From an uncultured Prevotellaceae bacterium (GTDB lineage Bacteria > Bacteroidota > Bacteroidia > Bacteroidales > Bacteroidaceae): a stretch of 64,000 nucleotides of DNA. Position 1 is the stretch's first letter. The number at the start of each line of letters is the position of its first letter. The position numbers and the translations under genes were made by a program. A model generated the notes under the pieces. The model ran no database searches, had not been told where the DNA came from, and saw only the letters and a list, made by a program, of their open reading frames with translations. The DNA lies in assembly GCA_900319225.1 (NCBI GenBank), contig ONNV01000001.1, positions 96,663 to 160,662 of the forward strand, read 5' to 3'. This document shows positions 27,462-36,342 of the stretch, piece by piece.

Positions 27462-27773
27462 TTAATGGCCCGGTTTCTGGATGAAACTGATAATGTGTGA
27501 AATAAAATAGATGATAAATCCGTATATTAAAGTAAAGGTCATAAGTTTTAATCCTCCACCCAATACGGAAATGCTAATGTCACCTGCTTTCCAGATATCG
27601 GACAATGCAATCATAGTGTCAAAAAGGAGGAACAGAACACAGGATCCTAATGCGATAGAGCCGATGGGACGGACCCAACGTGGAGCTTTCCAGGCGCTGA
27701 GGAATATCAGCACCAGCAGAATGGTAAGGATAGCAAGAACGCCTCCCGGTTGTTGTGCGATGATTTGTTGCAT
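27462..27773 (-). CDS. Small integral membrane protein, unknown function
   Basis: 103 aa with about 3 hydrophobic helices. It lies 24 nt upstream of the 144-aa gene, so an operon is likely. Confidence 0.55.
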   Translation of the reverse strand: MQQIIAQQPGGVLAILTILLVLIFLSAWKAPRWVRPIGSIALGSCVLFLLFDTMIALSDIWKAGDISISVLGGGLKLMTFTLIYGFIIYFISHIISFIQKPGH

Positions 27774-27843
27774 AGCGTTTGTTGTTAAAGGTTTGATGCA
27801 AAGTTAGCGGCCTATCTCCAAGGGCTCCCCATGTTTTGCCTTA

Positions 27844-27913
27844 CAAATCCCAATTGTCGGTTTGGGGACCGATGTCAAATCCCACGTTTCGGCCCCAAAT
27901 CCCCAATATCGGG
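27844..27913. promoter_or_regulatory. Three direct repeats CAAATCCC-N5/6-TCGG in the divergent promoter region (candidate LytTR operator)
   Basis: CAAATCCCAATTGTCGG (27844-27860), CAAATCCCACGTTTCGG (27876-27892) and CAAATCCCCAATATCGGG (27896-27913). They lie between the small membrane-protein operon and the LytTR gene. Confidence 0.4.
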
Positions 27914-27941
27914 CAATTGAACGGAGTTTTGCTGTGATAAT

Positions 27942-28715
27942 ATGGAGTGTTTTCATATCTTCGTGGATGATATGAGAACCCTTGTTACCATACTCTATTG
28001 GATGCTGTCCGTATTGATAGCGGCGCTGGTGGTTTCCAGTGCCGGTTACACTTTCCAGGAGTCACTGCTTATGGGCACGATGTTCCTTCCCGGTGCGCTG
28101 GGCGCCAAGTATCTGCTCCCCAAGGTCTCTTTCAAGAAACGCAGCGAGGGAATTCAGGGCGTGATATATATCGTTCTGGCAATCCTGGTGCTTGAGTATC
28201 TGCTTATAATTGGTACGAACATACTAATTGAGGACATCCGTCATGGCATCCCATTCGGATATAGTGGCTCGTACTTTCCTTATTATCAGCCTCAGCTTCC
28301 GTCCATAATGGTCAATCCGTTCTTCATAACCATATTGGTATCAATCCTGGCCATAGGCGGATCTCTTATAGACCGATGGCTCACCGTAAAGCACCCTGAG
28401 ATTGAGACTCCGGTCACATTCTGCTCCATGCGCAAGAAGGTCACGCTGTTCCCAAGTGAAATCCTATATGTGGAATCATGTGATACAGAGGTGATTATCC
28501 ATTCTACCGATGGCCGCTCACTGAATAACCGCACCGGCATCTCTCAATGGGAGGCGTTGCTGGGTCCCGGATTTATCCGTATTCATCGGGCTTTTCTGGT
28601 AAACGGCAAGTACGCAAAACCGGAATCACAGGACACAGTGTCTGTGGGCGATACCAGACTTCCCGTCTCCCGCAAATACCAGCCTAAAGTCAAGGACCTC
28701 ATTTCAAACAGTTAA
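27942..28715 (+). CDS. Membrane-anchored LytTR-family DNA-binding protein
   Basis: 257 aa. The N-terminal ~150 aa has 4-5 TM segments. The C-terminal LytTR domain reads (..ILYVESCDTEVIIHSTDGRSL..ISQWEALLGPGFIRIHRAFLVN..). No receiver domain. The start may be at M11. Confidence 0.8.
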   Translation: MECFHIFVDDMRTLVTILYWMLSVLIAALVVSSAGYTFQESLLMGTMFLPGALGAKYLLPKVSFKKRSEGIQGVIYIVLAILVLEYLLIIGTNILIEDIRHGIPFGYSGSYFPYYQPQLPSIMVNPFFITILVSILAIGGSLIDRWLTVKHPEIETPVTFCSMRKKVTLFPSEILYVESCDTEVIIHSTDGRSLNNRTGISQWEALLGPGFIRIHRAFLVNGKYAKPESQDTVSVGDTRLPVSRKYQPKVKDLISNS

Positions 28716-28718
28716 GAA

Positions 28719-29480
28719 ATGGAACAGGAATCGTTTACAGATGATGGGTGGTATGTGGCCGGAACAGAAGGGAAGCCCTTTCTTTTGCTGTTGCCAGGTC
28801 TGGGAGTATCGTACCAGATATTCTTTCCGCTGATTGAATTGCTAAAGGAGGAGTTCCGGATTTACGCCTTCCAGGTGGATGGTTTTACTCTGGGCCGATG
28901 CACGCGGTTTGATTCCATCGACGGTCAGGCCGGGCGTGTGATTGAATTCATCCGCACTCAATGTGGGGGAAGGGTGGATTGCGTATACGGACTGTCGCTG
29001 GGCGGAAAGATACTGTCGCGTGTGCTTGAGCGCAACGAGGTCACTATTGATCACGCAATCCTGGATGCGGCACCGCTTTTGCCGCTACCGCGTTGGCTGG
29101 AGGGACCGCTGCGCTATTACCAGAGCATCAACGTTTGGACCTGCTATCACTGGACCGGGTTCTGGCGTTTTGTGTTTCACTCACACTATTTTGACGTGCT
29201 GCTTGACGAGTGCCGCAAGGTCTTTCCGTTTGGTGGACGGAGGTCTGTGCTGGACGGTTACAAATCAGTCTACACCAATAAACTTGAAGCAATATTCGGG
29301 GCCGATATCCATTTCTGGTACGGCACCAAAGAGGCATTCGTGGCCAAACCGCAGGCGGAGCATCTGCTCAGGTTGTGCCCATCGGCCCATGTCGAGGTGT
29401 TCAAGGGTATGAATCACGGTCAGTTGCTGGTGGACCATCCCGATGAGGTTGCCCGCCGCATTATTTTGACGCATTCTTAA
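28719..29480 (+). CDS. Alpha/beta hydrolase
   Basis: 253 aa with nucleophile elbow GLSLGG, a C-terminal His (NHGQLL) and LLLPGLG near the N-terminus. Confidence 0.75.
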   Translation: MEQESFTDDGWYVAGTEGKPFLLLLPGLGVSYQIFFPLIELLKEEFRIYAFQVDGFTLGRCTRFDSIDGQAGRVIEFIRTQCGGRVDCVYGLSLGGKILSRVLERNEVTIDHAILDAAPLLPLPRWLEGPLRYYQSINVWTCYHWTGFWRFVFHSHYFDVLLDECRKVFPFGGRRSVLDGYKSVYTNKLEAIFGADIHFWYGTKEAFVAKPQAEHLLRLCPSAHVEVFKGMNHGQLLVDHPDEVARRIILTHS

Positions 29481-29498
29481 ACGACCCCTTTGCGTCAC
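29467..29498. repeat. TGACGCA-family hairpin repeat
   Basis: TGACGCATTCTTAAACGACCCCTTTGCGTCA(C): 7-bp stem and a 17-nt loop containing AAACGACCCC. It is 29/31 identical to 33755-33785 and overlaps the hydrolase stop region. Confidence 0.85.
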
Positions 29499-29502
29499 TT
29501 TT

Positions 29503-30069
29503 ATGATTATGGAGAATTTTGAGACAGAGAGATTAAGGTTCAGGGCTTGGAGGGAGGCCGATGCAGAGGATTTGTTCCTGTGTGCATCGGACCCTGATAT
29601 TGGCGAGCGTGCCGGTTGGCCTCCGCATAAGACGGTTGATGACAGCCTGATGGTGATTAAGAATATCTTTTCAAACGGGCATACCTGGGCGCTGGAGCTT
29701 AAGGAGACCGGCCACGTGATAGGGTGCATGGGGTATTATCCGTATGGAGAGAGCAATATTGAGATAGGTGAGCAGGATGTCGAGGTGGGCTACTGGATAG
29801 GTAAGTCGTACTGGAACAAGGGGCTTTGCACCGAGGCCCTGCGTGCCATGATAGACTACTGTTTCCGCAGGAGAGGGTTCAACAACATCTGGGCCGATTA
29901 CTTTGTGGATAATCCCGCATCGGGCCGCGTGATGGAGAAATGCGGGTTCCGTGACACCGGACGCACCAACATCCTGAGCAAACTGTATCACAGCGACTCC
30001 CGTCCCGTCAAGATAATGATACTTGAAAACGACGCAAAGGGAAACGACCCCAATGCGTCACTTTTTTAA
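29503..30069 (+). CDS. GNAT family N-acetyltransferase (RimJ/RimL-like)
   Basis: 188 aa: ETERLRFRAWREADAEDLF..GYWIGKSYWNKGLCTEA... The last ~13 codons (..ENDAKGNDPNASLF) are encoded by a hairpin repeat. Confidence 0.8.
   Translation: MIMENFETERLRFRAWREADAEDLFLCASDPDIGERAGWPPHKTVDDSLMVIKNIFSNGHTWALELKETGHVIGCMGYYPYGESNIEIGEQDVEVGYWIGKSYWNKGLCTEALRAMIDYCFRRRGFNNIWADYFVDNPASGRVMEKCGFRDTGRTNILSKLYHSDSRPVKIMILENDAKGNDPNASLF
30031..30061. repeat. TGACGCA-family hairpin repeat
   Basis: GACGCAAAGGGAAACGACCCCAATGCGTCAC. It contains the stop codon (TCA at 30058-30060) of the minus-strand radical SAM gene and encodes the tail of the GNAT ORF. Confidence 0.85.
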
Positions 30070-30954
30070 CAATTCATTGAAAGTGTGGGGTTTGATGCCC
30101 CAGGCGGGGGCTATCAGGAGGGATTTGGGAGTCTCGGATACAAAGCGGTCATAGAAGAGGTCCCGGCGGGCTCTCTTAATGAAGGCCGATACTACTGCGG
30201 CGTATTCTTGCGGAGTTTCAAACAGTCTTATGCTTGTGTGGTCCTGCTCATACATTTGTGCCAGCGCAGTGCCTTTTACCACCTGTAGCTGATGCAGTTT
30301 GAGCGTTTTGATGGGCAGGGCCGATACGCGCTCAGCGTGAGCCATCCAGTCCTGCTCAGTCTCGCCGGGCAGGCCTAAGATCAGATGTGCTCCGGTATCT
30401 ATTCCGCGCTCGTAAAGGTCATTAATACAGTCTGATGCACACTGGAATGTGTGGTGTCGGTTGATGAGTTGCAGAGTGCGGTCCAGAGTGGTTTCAATGC
30501 CAATCTCAACCAGCAGATGCGGGTGACCGGCTGGCGCCTTGCGTCCAAACCTCTGCTCAAACCAATCTGCCAGGTCCGGTTTGATGCAGTCGGGACGTGT
30601 GGCAATGACCAACCCCTTTACTCCTGGAAACCTTAGTGCCTCCTCATAGAGCTCAATCAACCGTCCGGTAGGTCCGTAAGTATTGGTATATGATTGGAAA
30701 TATGCCAGATACCCGTAGCATTCACCCTTGCGGCTGTTGAACTTAACGCCTTTCTCCAATTGAGCGGTAATGCCGCCGGACAAATCATTTGCAGCGTACG
30801 ATGGATTGAATGACAGGTTGTTGCAGTATATGCATCCGTCGCGGCCCAATGTGCCGTCACGGTTGGGGCATCCCAGTCCCGCATTTACCGCAATCTTGAT
30901 TACCCGTCCGGGAAACACCTCGCTCAGGTAATCATTCATGGTCCTGTATTCCAT
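30058..30954 (-). CDS. Radical SAM protein, TIGR01212 (YhcC) family
   Basis: 298 aa: ..AGLGCPNRDGTLGRDGCIYCNN.. cysteine cluster plus the family-typical length. Confidence 0.8.
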   Translation of the reverse strand: MEYRTMNDYLSEVFPGRVIKIAVNAGLGCPNRDGTLGRDGCIYCNNLSFNPSYAANDLSGGITAQLEKGVKFNSRKGECYGYLAYFQSYTNTYGPTGRLIELYEEALRFPGVKGLVIATRPDCIKPDLADWFEQRFGRKAPAGHPHLLVEIGIETTLDRTLQLINRHHTFQCASDCINDLYERGIDTGAHLILGLPGETEQDWMAHAERVSALPIKTLKLHQLQVVKGTALAQMYEQDHTSIRLFETPQEYAAVVSAFIKRARRDLFYDRFVSETPKSLLIAPAWGIKPHTFNELLKK

Positions 30955-30967
30955 CAGTAAAAGACTC

Positions 30968-31519
30968 TTAGTTAGAGAGTTTCTTCATCTCGTAACCCAG
31001 GCGGTGGAGCTCAATGGCGGCGCCTATTGAGAACATCACCTGGACGGTGCGGGCATAGACGTAAAATGCGCGCTTGCTTTGAGGCTCAATGTGCTCCTGG
31101 CGGATGAACGTTACGGCAGTCTGCGCGCAACTCTGCATCACAGCGGTTATCTGCTGCGCCTGCTTGCCGTCCGGCAAAAGCCCCAGTATGTCTTTCATGA
31201 TGTGGTCATCCATATCATCAAATCCGTTGGGGCCAAGCAGTACGCTGTAGGGCTGGTCTTTAAGTTTGTTCCAGTCGCGGTTCCACCAGCAGGCCACAGC
31301 CAGACCTATGTATCCGGCCCAGGCAACTGAAACGGTAGGATATTCTGCAATCTCCTTAACGCCGTCGGCCATATACTCCGGCGCAAGTTCCTTCCATTTA
31401 AGGTCGATGTCATCGGACCGGAGCAATATGCCCTCAAGCATCCCGGCATCGGTGCAGATCTTGAGCATCTCCTTGCAGAGCCTGTCCTCAAACATTGTAT
31501 AGTAAAGCTGATCTTCCAT
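30968..31519 (-). CDS. Hypothetical cytoplasmic protein
   Basis: 183-aa ORF, tightly packed between conserved genes on the same strand. No motif recognised. Confidence 0.55.
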   Translation of the reverse strand: MEDQLYYTMFEDRLCKEMLKICTDAGMLEGILLRSDDIDLKWKELAPEYMADGVKEIAEYPTVSVAWAGYIGLAVACWWNRDWNKLKDQPYSVLLGPNGFDDMDDHIMKDILGLLPDGKQAQQITAVMQSCAQTAVTFIRQEHIEPQSKRAFYVYARTVQVMFSIGAAIELHRLGYEMKKLSN

Positions 31520-31526
31520 CAGTAAA

Positions 31527-32876
31527 TCAGTATATGAGTTTGGTAATAAGTGTAGCTACGATGGTGCTGGTGATAACGCTCACAAGTCCGGGCATCATGA
31601 ACGAGTGGTTGAGCAGATATTTGCCGATGCGGGTGGTGCCGGAGCGGTCAAAGGTTACCGTTGCGATATCGGACGGATAGTTGGGTATGAAAAAGTATCC
31701 GTAGACCGATGGCAACACGCCCAGAAGCACCGGGCCGGGAATGCCCAGGGAGTAGGCCAGAGGCAGCATGGCAACCACAACGGCACCCTGGCTGTTGACC
31801 AGTACCGATACCGCAAAGAATACCAGTGATATTGCCCAGTGATATTTGCTTACGATGCCTTCAAGGCTGTCCTGCATCTGAGGCAGGTAGTTGCCGAAAT
31901 AGGTATCGGCCAGCCATGCAATTCCGTAAATGGCTATTACGGCTACCATACCTGACTGCCATACGTTGCCTATGATTGCCTGGCGCGGATTGGCCTTGGC
32001 TATTATGATCATCAATGCGGCGGCCGTTATCATCACAATCTGGATGATGATGTTCATGCCTATGGGCTTGCTGTTTACCGTGGGACGGATATCACAGCCT
32101 ATAATCTGGAAGAATGAGTATAGGGTGATGACCAGAAGTGCGCCCAAAAAGATGTAAACTGATATCTTGGCGCTCTTGGTGACCTCCTTGTCAAGCACGG
32201 ATGCGGTCTCACCGTACATGTACTTGTACATCTTGGGGTTGGCCTTGCGCTCCTGGAATACGGGATCCTTGTCCAGGTCCTTGCCGCGTTTGTAAGAGCA
32301 GAGTGCGGCAGCCATCAGTCCGCACAAGCATGCCGGGATGGTAACTGCAATTACTTGTAAGTTATTAATATCAAACCCGTTACTGTTGCTTATTATTACG
32401 AATGATGCCACCGCGGCGGCTATAGGCGAGCAGGTTATACCCACCTGTGATGCGACCGATGCCACACCGCAGGGACGCTCCGGACGTATGCCTTTTTTAA
32501 GGGAAATATCGCAGATGATGGGCATCAGGGTATAGACCACATGACCCGTTCCAACCAGAACCGTAAGGAAGAATGTGCACAGAGGAGCCAGGAAGGTGAT
32601 GTGCTCGGGATGCTTTCTAAGCAGCTTCTCGGCAATCTGTATGAGCCAGTCCATACCGCCTGCGGCCTGCATGATTCCGGCGCAGGTGACGGCTGCTATT
32701 ATGATGTATATGACATCGGTAGGCGGATTGCCCGGTTTCATGCCGAAACCCAGAACCAGAATGGCCAGACCAATTCCCGATATGGCACCCAGTGCAAGAC
32801 TGCCATAGCGTGAACCTACATAAAGCGCAGCCAAGACTATGAGCAACTGCAAGATCATAACAAAAGTCATAAGCAA
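31527..32876 (-). CDS. Anaerobic C4-dicarboxylate transporter (Dcu family)
   Basis: 449 aa, polytopic: ..VGSRYGSLALGAISGIGLAILV..GGMDWLIQIAEKLLRKHP..FLAPL.. is typical of DcuA/DcuB. Confidence 0.85.
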   Translation of the reverse strand: MLMTFVMILQLLIVLAALYVGSRYGSLALGAISGIGLAILVLGFGMKPGNPPTDVIYIIIAAVTCAGIMQAAGGMDWLIQIAEKLLRKHPEHITFLAPLCTFFLTVLVGTGHVVYTLMPIICDISLKKGIRPERPCGVASVASQVGITCSPIAAAVASFVIISNSNGFDINNLQVIAVTIPACLCGLMAAALCSYKRGKDLDKDPVFQERKANPKMYKYMYGETASVLDKEVTKSAKISVYIFLGALLVITLYSFFQIIGCDIRPTVNSKPIGMNIIIQIVMITAAALMIIIAKANPRQAIIGNVWQSGMVAVIAIYGIAWLADTYFGNYLPQMQDSLEGIVSKYHWAISLVFFAVSVLVNSQGAVVVAMLPLAYSLGIPGPVLLGVLPSVYGYFFIPNYPSDIATVTFDRSGTTRIGKYLLNHSFMMPGLVSVITSTIVATLITKLIY

Positions 32877-32882
32877 AACAAT

Positions 32883-33725
32883 TTAATCAATACCTATCAT
32901 CTGATGGACAGCGGGACGGATTGGGGGAACGGCATAACCCATCATCTTCTCTACGCAGAGTATGCGCAGCAGGGAGATTGGGGTAAGTTGACGGTTGATT
33001 TCATCGATATCGGCATCGGGCCCGAAATACTCCTTTACAAAAATGCTCCAGAACCGGGTGGACACATCCTTGGTGATGTGGTAGAGTTCCAGCTCCAACT
33101 CGTCGGGGATGGTACAGCATTGCATATATATTATTCCCAGGTCAAACAGAGGGTTGCCGATGCTGAACTCGCTCAAGTCAATAAGGTACTTGCGGCCCTC
33201 CTCATCAAAAATCACGTTGCCTATGTGAAGGTCACCGTGCAGGGCTGTGTTGCCATCAGGTAGGGTATCAATGAAACGGATTACGCCGCTCCTCTCCTGA
33301 TCGGTCAGGTATGGGTTCTCCAGTATGTACTGCTTGCATTGGTCCTTTATGCCGGGGAACAGTCCGGGTGGGGGTGTAGTGGAGTGGAGTTTCTTGCAGA
33401 TAGCGGCAAACTCTGCGGCATACTGCTCCATATTTTCCGGGTGGATGCTCAGCGCGCGTGCATAGGAGAGCTTGCCGTGAATGCGTTTGAACTGTATGCC
33501 TACACGATTATCGGGGGTGTGTACCACCTGGCCGGGCTCGGGGCAGGGCAGTCCCAAATCATATACTTTACGGGCCCTTTCATACTCATCGAGCCCCATC
33601 TGCTCCAAATTTGTGGAGTAGAGTTTGAGCAGCACATCAGGGTCATCCTTTTTAATATAACTCTCACCAAGCTTTCCTCCTCCGGAGAGCTCATAGTCCT
33701 TTAGGTCAATAATAGTAGGTTTCAT
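32883..33725 (-). CDS. Aminoglycoside/choline-kinase-fold phosphotransferase family protein
   Basis: 280 aa with catalytic loop HGDLHIGNV and metal-binding IDLSEF. Confidence 0.7.
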   Translation of the reverse strand: MKPTIIDLKDYELSGGGKLGESYIKKDDPDVLLKLYSTNLEQMGLDEYERARKVYDLGLPCPEPGQVVHTPDNRVGIQFKRIHGKLSYARALSIHPENMEQYAAEFAAICKKLHSTTPPPGLFPGIKDQCKQYILENPYLTDQERSGVIRFIDTLPDGNTALHGDLHIGNVIFDEEGRKYLIDLSEFSIGNPLFDLGIIYMQCCTIPDELELELYHITKDVSTRFWSIFVKEYFGPDADIDEINRQLTPISLLRILCVEKMMGYAVPPIRPAVHQMIGID

Positions 33726-33754
33726 AACGCAAACTTAAATAAAAATGCTGATTT

Positions 33755-33785
33755 TGACGCGTTCTTAAACTACCCCTTTGCGTCA
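33755..33785. repeat. TGACGCA-family hairpin repeat
   Basis: TGACGCGTTCTTAAACTACCCCTTTGCGTCA. Its last 3 nt (TCA at 33783-33785) are the stop codon of the ABC ATPase gene. Confidence 0.85.
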
Positions 33786-34856
33786 AATCAGGATCTTGAT
33801 ACGGAACCCGCGGGTGGTGGGCTCCTGGATGATATCCTTTGCCTGAGCGCGGATGGCGTCCGGGAACTTGCCGGCGGCAAAGGGTGATTCAGTCATACCT
33901 TCCACCATGAAATCCAGGGCGGTCTCAGAGGTGAGTTCAGTGTACGTGAGCCTGAAGGTCAGGGGACGGACGGATGCCATGTGATTCTGTATCATGTCAT
34001 CTGCTATGGATATTGCCTGGGCGGCTTTATCGGCTATGTTATATTTGATGCAGAAAGCGTTGATACCGGAATGCATGTCAAGTTGGTCAAACTCATCACT
34101 GCCTATCTCATAAACCAGTTTCTGGATACGGTTTACAAAAGCCTTTGTGGCACTGCGGACTGGATGCTCAAATATCTGCTCTGCCGATCCGTCTTCATAT
34201 ATGATACCCTCGTTCATAAAGAATATGCGGGTGCTCACGTCACGGGCAAAACGCATCTCATGAGTCACAATAAGCATGGTCATGCCCTCTGATGCCAGCT
34301 GACGTATTACGCTCAGTACCTCACCAACCATTGTGGGGTCCAGGGCCGATGTAGGCTCGTCAAAAAGTATCACATCGGGGTGCATGGCAAGTGACCGGGC
34401 TATGGCCACACGCTGCTTCTGTCCGCCGGAGAGTGATGAGGGATAGACATCAGCCTTCTGTGACATTCCCACTTTTTTGAGCAGGGTCATGGCCTCGGCA
34501 CGGGCATCGGCATCACTGATTCCGAGCAGACGGATGGGGGCATAGATTATGTTCTCAATGACCGTCATGTGATCAAACAGGTTGAAACTCTGGAATACCA
34601 TACCCATACGGCGGCGCAGGGCATCCAGACGGTATCCCTTGGCAGTTATATCCTGCCCGTCAAAGAGAATCTGTCCGCTGGTGGGCGGCTCCAGCATGTT
34701 GAGCGCTCTGAGCAGGGTACTCTTACCGGTTCCCGAGGGGCCGATAATGCTTATTACCTCGCCCTTGTCAATATCGCAGTTAACATCCTTGAGAACGTTT
34801 ACAACGCTGCCGTCAGGATTATGGAAAGTCTTGCTTAAGTGTCTGATGCTTATCAT
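33783..34856 (-). CDS. Amino-acid ABC transporter ATP-binding protein with an extra C-terminal domain of about 110 aa
   Basis: GPSGTGKST (Walker A), [15 protein letters not shown] (signature), [11 protein letters not shown] (Walker B). At 357 aa it is about 110 aa longer than GlnQ-type ATPases. Confidence 0.88.
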   Translation of the reverse strand: MISIRHLSKTFHNPDGSVVNVLKDVNCDIDKGEVISIIGPSGTGKSTLLRALNMLEPPTSGQILFDGQDITAKGYRLDALRRRMGMVFQSFNLFDHMTVIENIIYAPIRLLGISDADARAEAMTLLKKVGMSQKADVYPSSLSGGQKQRVAIARSLAMHPDVILFDEPTSALDPTMVGEVLSVIRQLASEGMTMLIVTHEMRFARDVSTRIFFMNEGIIYEDGSAEQIFEHPVRSATKAFVNRIQKLVYEIGSDEFDQLDMHSGINAFCIKYNIADKAAQAISIADDMIQNHMASVRPLTFRLTYTELTSETALDFMVEGMTESPFAAGKFPDAIRAQAKDIIQEPTTRGFRIKILI

Positions 34857-34857
34857 G

Positions 34858-36306
34858 TTACTTTCTGATTAAGAGGAGGTTCAACAATTTGCGTATCAAC
34901 CAAGCCAGGACAAAATAGATTATGGTGATGATGAGCAGAGGAATGAGTGCATCAAACGTGCGGCTACGGATAAGGTCGCTGGCACGGGTCAGGTCCTGGA
35001 TAGCTATGTATCCCACTATTGATGTACTCTGCAACAGTTTGACGCAATCGCCGGCATACAGCGGAAGACCATGGCGGAGCGCCTGCGGCAGTACTATACC
35101 GGTAAAGGTCTTGAAAGGTGTGAAACCCAGACTCAATCCGGCCTCGGTTTGTCCTACAGGTACAGTGGATATGGATGAGTTAAAGATATTTCCGGCCGAT
35201 GAGGCAAAGCTGAATGCAAATGTGATGATTGCCACAGACGACGCGCTCAAACCGGAACTTGCAAATACCACGTAGAACATGATGAGCAGCAGCACCAGAG
35301 TAGGGGTTCCCTGTATGAATGAACCGTATAGACCGGCTGCCGACCTAACCCAACGGCGGCGGCTGCGCAGTGCGGCACACACACCCATTCCCAGAATGGT
35401 TCCAATCAGGATTGCAAGCACGGTTATCTTTATGGTCTCCACGAAACCGTCTGTTATCAGTTTCCAGCGATTCTCCTTAATAAGGTTCATCCTGAACCGT
35501 TCTCCTATTCCGATATGTGCACGCTTGCCATGATCTGCAACTACAAATACCGGATGGCACAAGTAATAAGAATCAGTGAAATCCACGAAAGTCTTTCTCT
35601 CCTCGGTTATAAAGATGTTGCCGCCTACCATATCTACTTGTCCGGTCTGTACGGCTGTAAGGGCACCGCCAAGATCCTGTAACATTATCTCTATGGGACG
35701 CCCTAAATAATTGGCAAAACGGGTCAGCAGATCAGGGGTAAGCCCCATCCATTCACCACCTTCACCAACATAACATACGGGATCCAGATTGGCGCATACC
35801 GCACAGCGCAAGGGCTGGGTATTCTTTATTTGTCCGGCATTGGGATCGGGTACCTGGGGGCCATCCTTTGTCCAGTGTTCTATGATATCCTGTACTGGGA
35901 TTGAGGCAAGGAACGTATTGAACTGCCCGGCTAACTCTGTGTTTCCTTTTTTTACGCAGTACGCAACCTCAAACAAGTCTTCTCCGTAAAAAGCTACTTT
36001 CAATCCCAAATCTTTCAGCGTACGCTCCGGAACCTCAATGTCATCGGCCACAAATACATCTGCCAGGCCCTGACGTATGGCCTGTAGGGCATCGGCTTGG
36101 GTGGCGGCAGCAAACACTTTGACATCTGAGCGTTTAGAGAACTTGTGCTCGTAGTAATTGCCTACTGCAGTACTAAGTGTCAGACCGGAAAGGTCGGCCT
36201 CAGAGTTCAGTTCAATACTCTTTTGCTTATTGCCTGAACAAGAACAACTGATTGCAAGAAGTATAATTCCAGCAATCATTTGTTGTGCAAAAGTCCTATT
36301 TGTCAT
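34858..36306 (-). CDS. Fused substrate-binding / permease component of an amino-acid ABC transporter
   Basis: 482 aa with a lipoprotein-like N-terminus (LLAISCSC) and a periplasmic-binding region. The C-terminal permease carries an EAA-like loop (..[29 protein letters not shown]..). Confidence 0.8.
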   Translation of the reverse strand: MTNRTFAQQMIAGIILLAISCSCSGNKQKSIELNSEADLSGLTLSTAVGNYYEHKFSKRSDVKVFAAATQADALQAIRQGLADVFVADDIEVPERTLKDLGLKVAFYGEDLFEVAYCVKKGNTELAGQFNTFLASIPVQDIIEHWTKDGPQVPDPNAGQIKNTQPLRCAVCANLDPVCYVGEGGEWMGLTPDLLTRFANYLGRPIEIMLQDLGGALTAVQTGQVDMVGGNIFITEERKTFVDFTDSYYLCHPVFVVADHGKRAHIGIGERFRMNLIKENRWKLITDGFVETIKITVLAILIGTILGMGVCAALRSRRRWVRSAAGLYGSFIQGTPTLVLLLIMFYVVFASSGLSASSVAIITFAFSFASSAGNIFNSSISTVPVGQTEAGLSLGFTPFKTFTGIVLPQALRHGLPLYAGDCVKLLQSTSIVGYIAIQDLTRASDLIRSRTFDALIPLLIITIIYFVLAWLIRKLLNLLLIRK

Positions 36307-36342
36307 TTATCAGATATTAAGTGTCAGGAAATCTGAACAGTG

